64,000 nt of DNA from Armatimonadia bacterium (GTDB lineage: Bacteria; Armatimonadota; Zipacnadia; Zipacnadales; UBA11051). A program made the position numbers and the translations under genes. Of this stretch, positions 62,244-64,000 are shown piece after piece; position 1 is the first letter of the stretch, and each line of letters opens with the position of its first letter. The stretch covers positions 11,107-75,106 of the forward strand of contig JBDKRC010000137.1 of NCBI GenBank assembly GCA_039683575.1. Direction: 5' to 3'. Below the pieces are notes generated by a model. That model worked only from the letters and a program-made list of their open reading frames with translations. It was not told the origin of the DNA and searched no databases.

Positions 62244-62624
62244 CTACCCCACCGCATCCAATGCCGCCAGCAGTTCCCCCGGGTTCGGCGGCTTGTTCAA
62301 GATGCCCTGAACATACTCGCGCAGCGGTCCGAGCACCTCGTTGCCGGGCAGTACTCCCGTAAGCACATACAGCGGCGTTTCCGCCAGCTTGGGCACCGCC
62401 CTGAGCCTCCGGCATAGCTCCAGCGCCTCCATACCGGGCATGTTCACATCAATGATGATCACATCGGGCTGACTGATCTCCGCCAGCGGCAGCGCTTCCT
62501 CGCCATTACCTGCGGCAAGAACCCGCGCCTGCCGAGCCTGCTCCAGGATGCAACCCACCGCGCGCGCTATGAAAGCATCATCATCAACCACGAGAACCGT
62601 GCGTGACGCCCCTTCTGCTTGCAT
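62244..62624 (-). CDS. single-domain response regulator (CheY-like receiver)
   Basis: TVLVVDDDAFIARAV...DVIIIDVNMPGMEALELCRRLRA...LYVLTG. Confidence 0.8.
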   Translation of the reverse strand: MQAEGASRTVLVVDDDAFIARAVGCILEQARQARVLAAGNGEEALPLAEISQPDVIIIDVNMPGMEALELCRRLRAVPKLAETPLYVLTGVLPGNEVLGPLREYVQGILNKPPNPGELLAALDAVG

Positions 62625-62632
62625 GGCAGCCC

Positions 62633-63328
62633 TCACGCGCTTCCTTCCAGGAGATCCTCAGAGGAAGCGAGCCGCATCCTTCCGATGTATGGCACCTGCA
62701 GGCAGAGCAGTCCCTCCTCCGCTACGAGCGTCATCTTCCCACCATGTGACTGCAACAGCGCCCGGGCTGAACGGTAGCCGAAACGGGTTGTATCGAAACT
62801 CGCCGGGCGTTCGGAGGCGGCAACAACATTCAGGAGCACGCTCTCGCCTTCCACTGCTGTCGAGAGACTCAACCGGGCCTTTGGCCCTGCCCATTCCGTC
62901 TGCGTCTCGATGGCGGCCAGCATTATCTGCCGCAGCACCGGACGCGACCAGATCAGTGGCAGCGGCGCCTCATCTGCCTCACGCACCACCGCGACTTCGT
63001 GCAACTCCAGGAGGTCCCGCAACTCTTCCAGCGCTTCGTCCACCACTTCGCCCAGCACGATCTCCTCCAACTCGCCGTCTGGTGGCGGGGCCGCCAGCGA
63101 GGCGAAATAGCTCCCCATACGGCCGAGGCGCCGGGCCTCGGCGATGATTGCCTTCGCATACTTCTCCCGCGTCTCCATATCCAGCGTCGTCAGCCACGCG
63201 AGGCACTCGGCATATGTGCAGATGGCGGTCAGTGGTGACCGCATGTCATGATTCACCTGCCGCGCCAGCTCCGCGAACGTTTCCTGGTCTGGGAAGTACT
63301 GCCCGTGTGCATCAATGATCATCCGCAT
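62633..63328 (-). CDS. cytoplasmic histidine kinase (HisKA plus divergent HATPase domain, no sensor/TM)
   Basis: H-box HDMRSPLTAICTYAECL. Start MRMIIDAHG at 63328. Confidence 0.7.
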   Translation of the reverse strand: MRMIIDAHGQYFPDQETFAELARQVNHDMRSPLTAICTYAECLAWLTTLDMETREKYAKAIIAEARRLGRMGSYFASLAAPPPDGELEEIVLGEVVDEALEELRDLLELHEVAVVREADEAPLPLIWSRPVLRQIMLAAIETQTEWAGPKARLSLSTAVEGESVLLNVVAASERPASFDTTRFGYRSARALLQSHGGKMTLVAEEGLLCLQVPYIGRMRLASSEDLLEGSA

Positions 63329-63349
63329 AGTTCGATCCCTCAAAATGAC

Positions 63350-63393
63350 GAAGACCCGGCTTGCCGTTAACATCATCGGCAGTCCGGGTCTTC
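63350..63393 (-). promoter_or_regulatory. perfect 10-bp stem / 24-nt loop hairpin 22 nt upstream of the HK start codon
   Basis: gaagacccgg-cttgccgttaacatcatcggcagt-ccgggtcttc. The loop contains the inner palindrome gccg...cggc. Confidence 0.6.
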
Positions 63394-63430
63394 ACTTAAG
63401 AGACCTGAGCGTATTTTGAGTATTGAGGCA

Positions 63431-63455
63431 GCGGGCGGGACGCCCGCACTACGCG
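63431..63455. repeat. REP-like palindromic element copy 2 (gcgggcgGgacgcccgcactacgcg), with a partial third copy at 63488-63498
   Basis: Direct sequence identity with 62198-62222. Confidence 0.7.
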
Positions 63456-63519
63456 TGATCGGTGACAAGGGTCGGCGGGGTACGAGCCCCCGCACTACAG
63501 CCCGAGGGTCGCGGCGCGG

Positions 63520-64000
63520 CTACTTCACGCCGAGTTCGAAACCCCGAGGCTCCGCCAAATCCTTCATCACGATCGCTCCGGTTGGGCATAGCTGCTGGCA
63601 GAGCCCGCATCCGTCGCAGGCCTGCTCCGGGATCTCATAGGCCTTGGTGCCCTCGACCGGCGCGTCGTAGATACACACGCGCGCGCAGAGACCGCACTTG
63701 ATGCACTTGCTGCTCTCGATGTCGGCAACCTGCCGCTTGATCCGGTCTATCTCGTCGTTGCCTTTGACCCGTCCGCAGACGTTGCCGCGGAAGTCTTCGA
63801 GCCGTTCGTAACCCTTGCGGTCCATGAACTCAGCCAGCCCGGAGAGCAGCTTACCCACCACCGAGTAGCCCTGCATCACGATGGCGGTGCAGGTCTGCAC
63901 GAGTGTCGAGCCCGCCAGGATCAGCTTCGCCACGTCTGCGCCGTCGCTCACGCCGCCACTGGCTAGAATCGGCACCGGCAGCGTCGGCGATACGTCCGAA
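63520..64000 (-). CDS. dihydroorotate/dihydropyrimidine dehydrogenase (PreA)-like protein with C-terminal 2x[4Fe-4S] ferredoxin domain. Partial: the N-terminus lies beyond the window end.
   Basis: TIM-barrel C-terminal segment MPILASGGVSDGADVAKLILAGSTLVQ, then CIKCGLCARVC...CDGCGLCQQLCP cluster motifs. Confidence 0.6.
   Translation of the reverse strand, partial: SDVSPTLPVPILASGGVSDGADVAKLILAGSTLVQTCTAIVMQGYSVVGKLLSGLAEFMDRKGYERLEDFRGNVCGRVKGNDEIDRIKRQVADIESSKCIKCGLCARVCIYDAPVEGTKAYEIPEQACDGCGLCQQLCPTGAIVMKDLAEPRGFELGVK

Overview
This is a high-GC (about 65%), densely coding bacterial chromosomal segment with roughly 60 protein genes. I found no rRNA, tRNA, CRISPR array, transposase or integrase. 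Several big genes (copA, clpC, dnaK, ppdK, flhA) carry long antisense ORFs in the six-frame track; these are GC artefacts and are rejected below.

Content from start to end:
1. A loose cluster of secreted carbohydrate-active-like genes: heparinase II/III-like (partial), a 1559-aa multidomain secreted protein, an SGNH/GDSL hydrolase, and three large paralogous secreted proteins with CBM-like N-termini. Two of the three are split by +/-1 frameshifts located exactly in C4/G5 homopolymer runs.
2. Class II CPD photolyase, ComF, a secreted thioredoxin-fold protein, and a copper locus (copA-copZ plus a divergent DUF1232/DUF2892 pair).
3. A minus-strand HspR-type heat-shock supra-operon: dnaK - hsp20 - hsp20 - low-GC orphan ORF - dnaJ - hspR - three tandem DUF2007 genes (the last fused to a membrane domain) - clpC. 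There is no grpE. A HAIR-like operator overlaps a near-consensus sigma70 promoter upstream of dnaK.
4. Housekeeping genes: URO-D family protein, DUF1559 pseudopilin, SAM methyltransferase, Gfo/Idh/MocA oxidoreductase, an SLH-domain porin-like protein with a collagen-like GAPGAP repeat, ftsB-like, eno, glycosyltransferase, ppdK, S4 protein, mazG, parvulin PPIase.
5. Most notable: a tightly packed, overlapping minus-strand fla-type operon (49728-60594) that encodes only a flagellar type III export core. It reads: a minimal FliF-like protein with only RBM2, fliH, fliI, fliJ, a fliM-like gene with no CheY-binding N-terminus, fliN, fliO, fliP, an opposite-strand lipoprotein, fliQ, fliR, an flhB truncated before its NPTH autocleavage/switch domain, flhA, and sigma-28 fliA. 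There is no fliG, fliE, rod, hook, flhF/flhG or che genes in the window. Upstream lies an HD-GYP (GAF) - CheY-like receiver - sensorless histidine kinase module. This looks like a stripped-down, possibly repurposed flagellum-derived export system.

The lineage signals are unusual: H-X9-DG pseudopilin, SLH porin, HspR regulon, class II photolyase.
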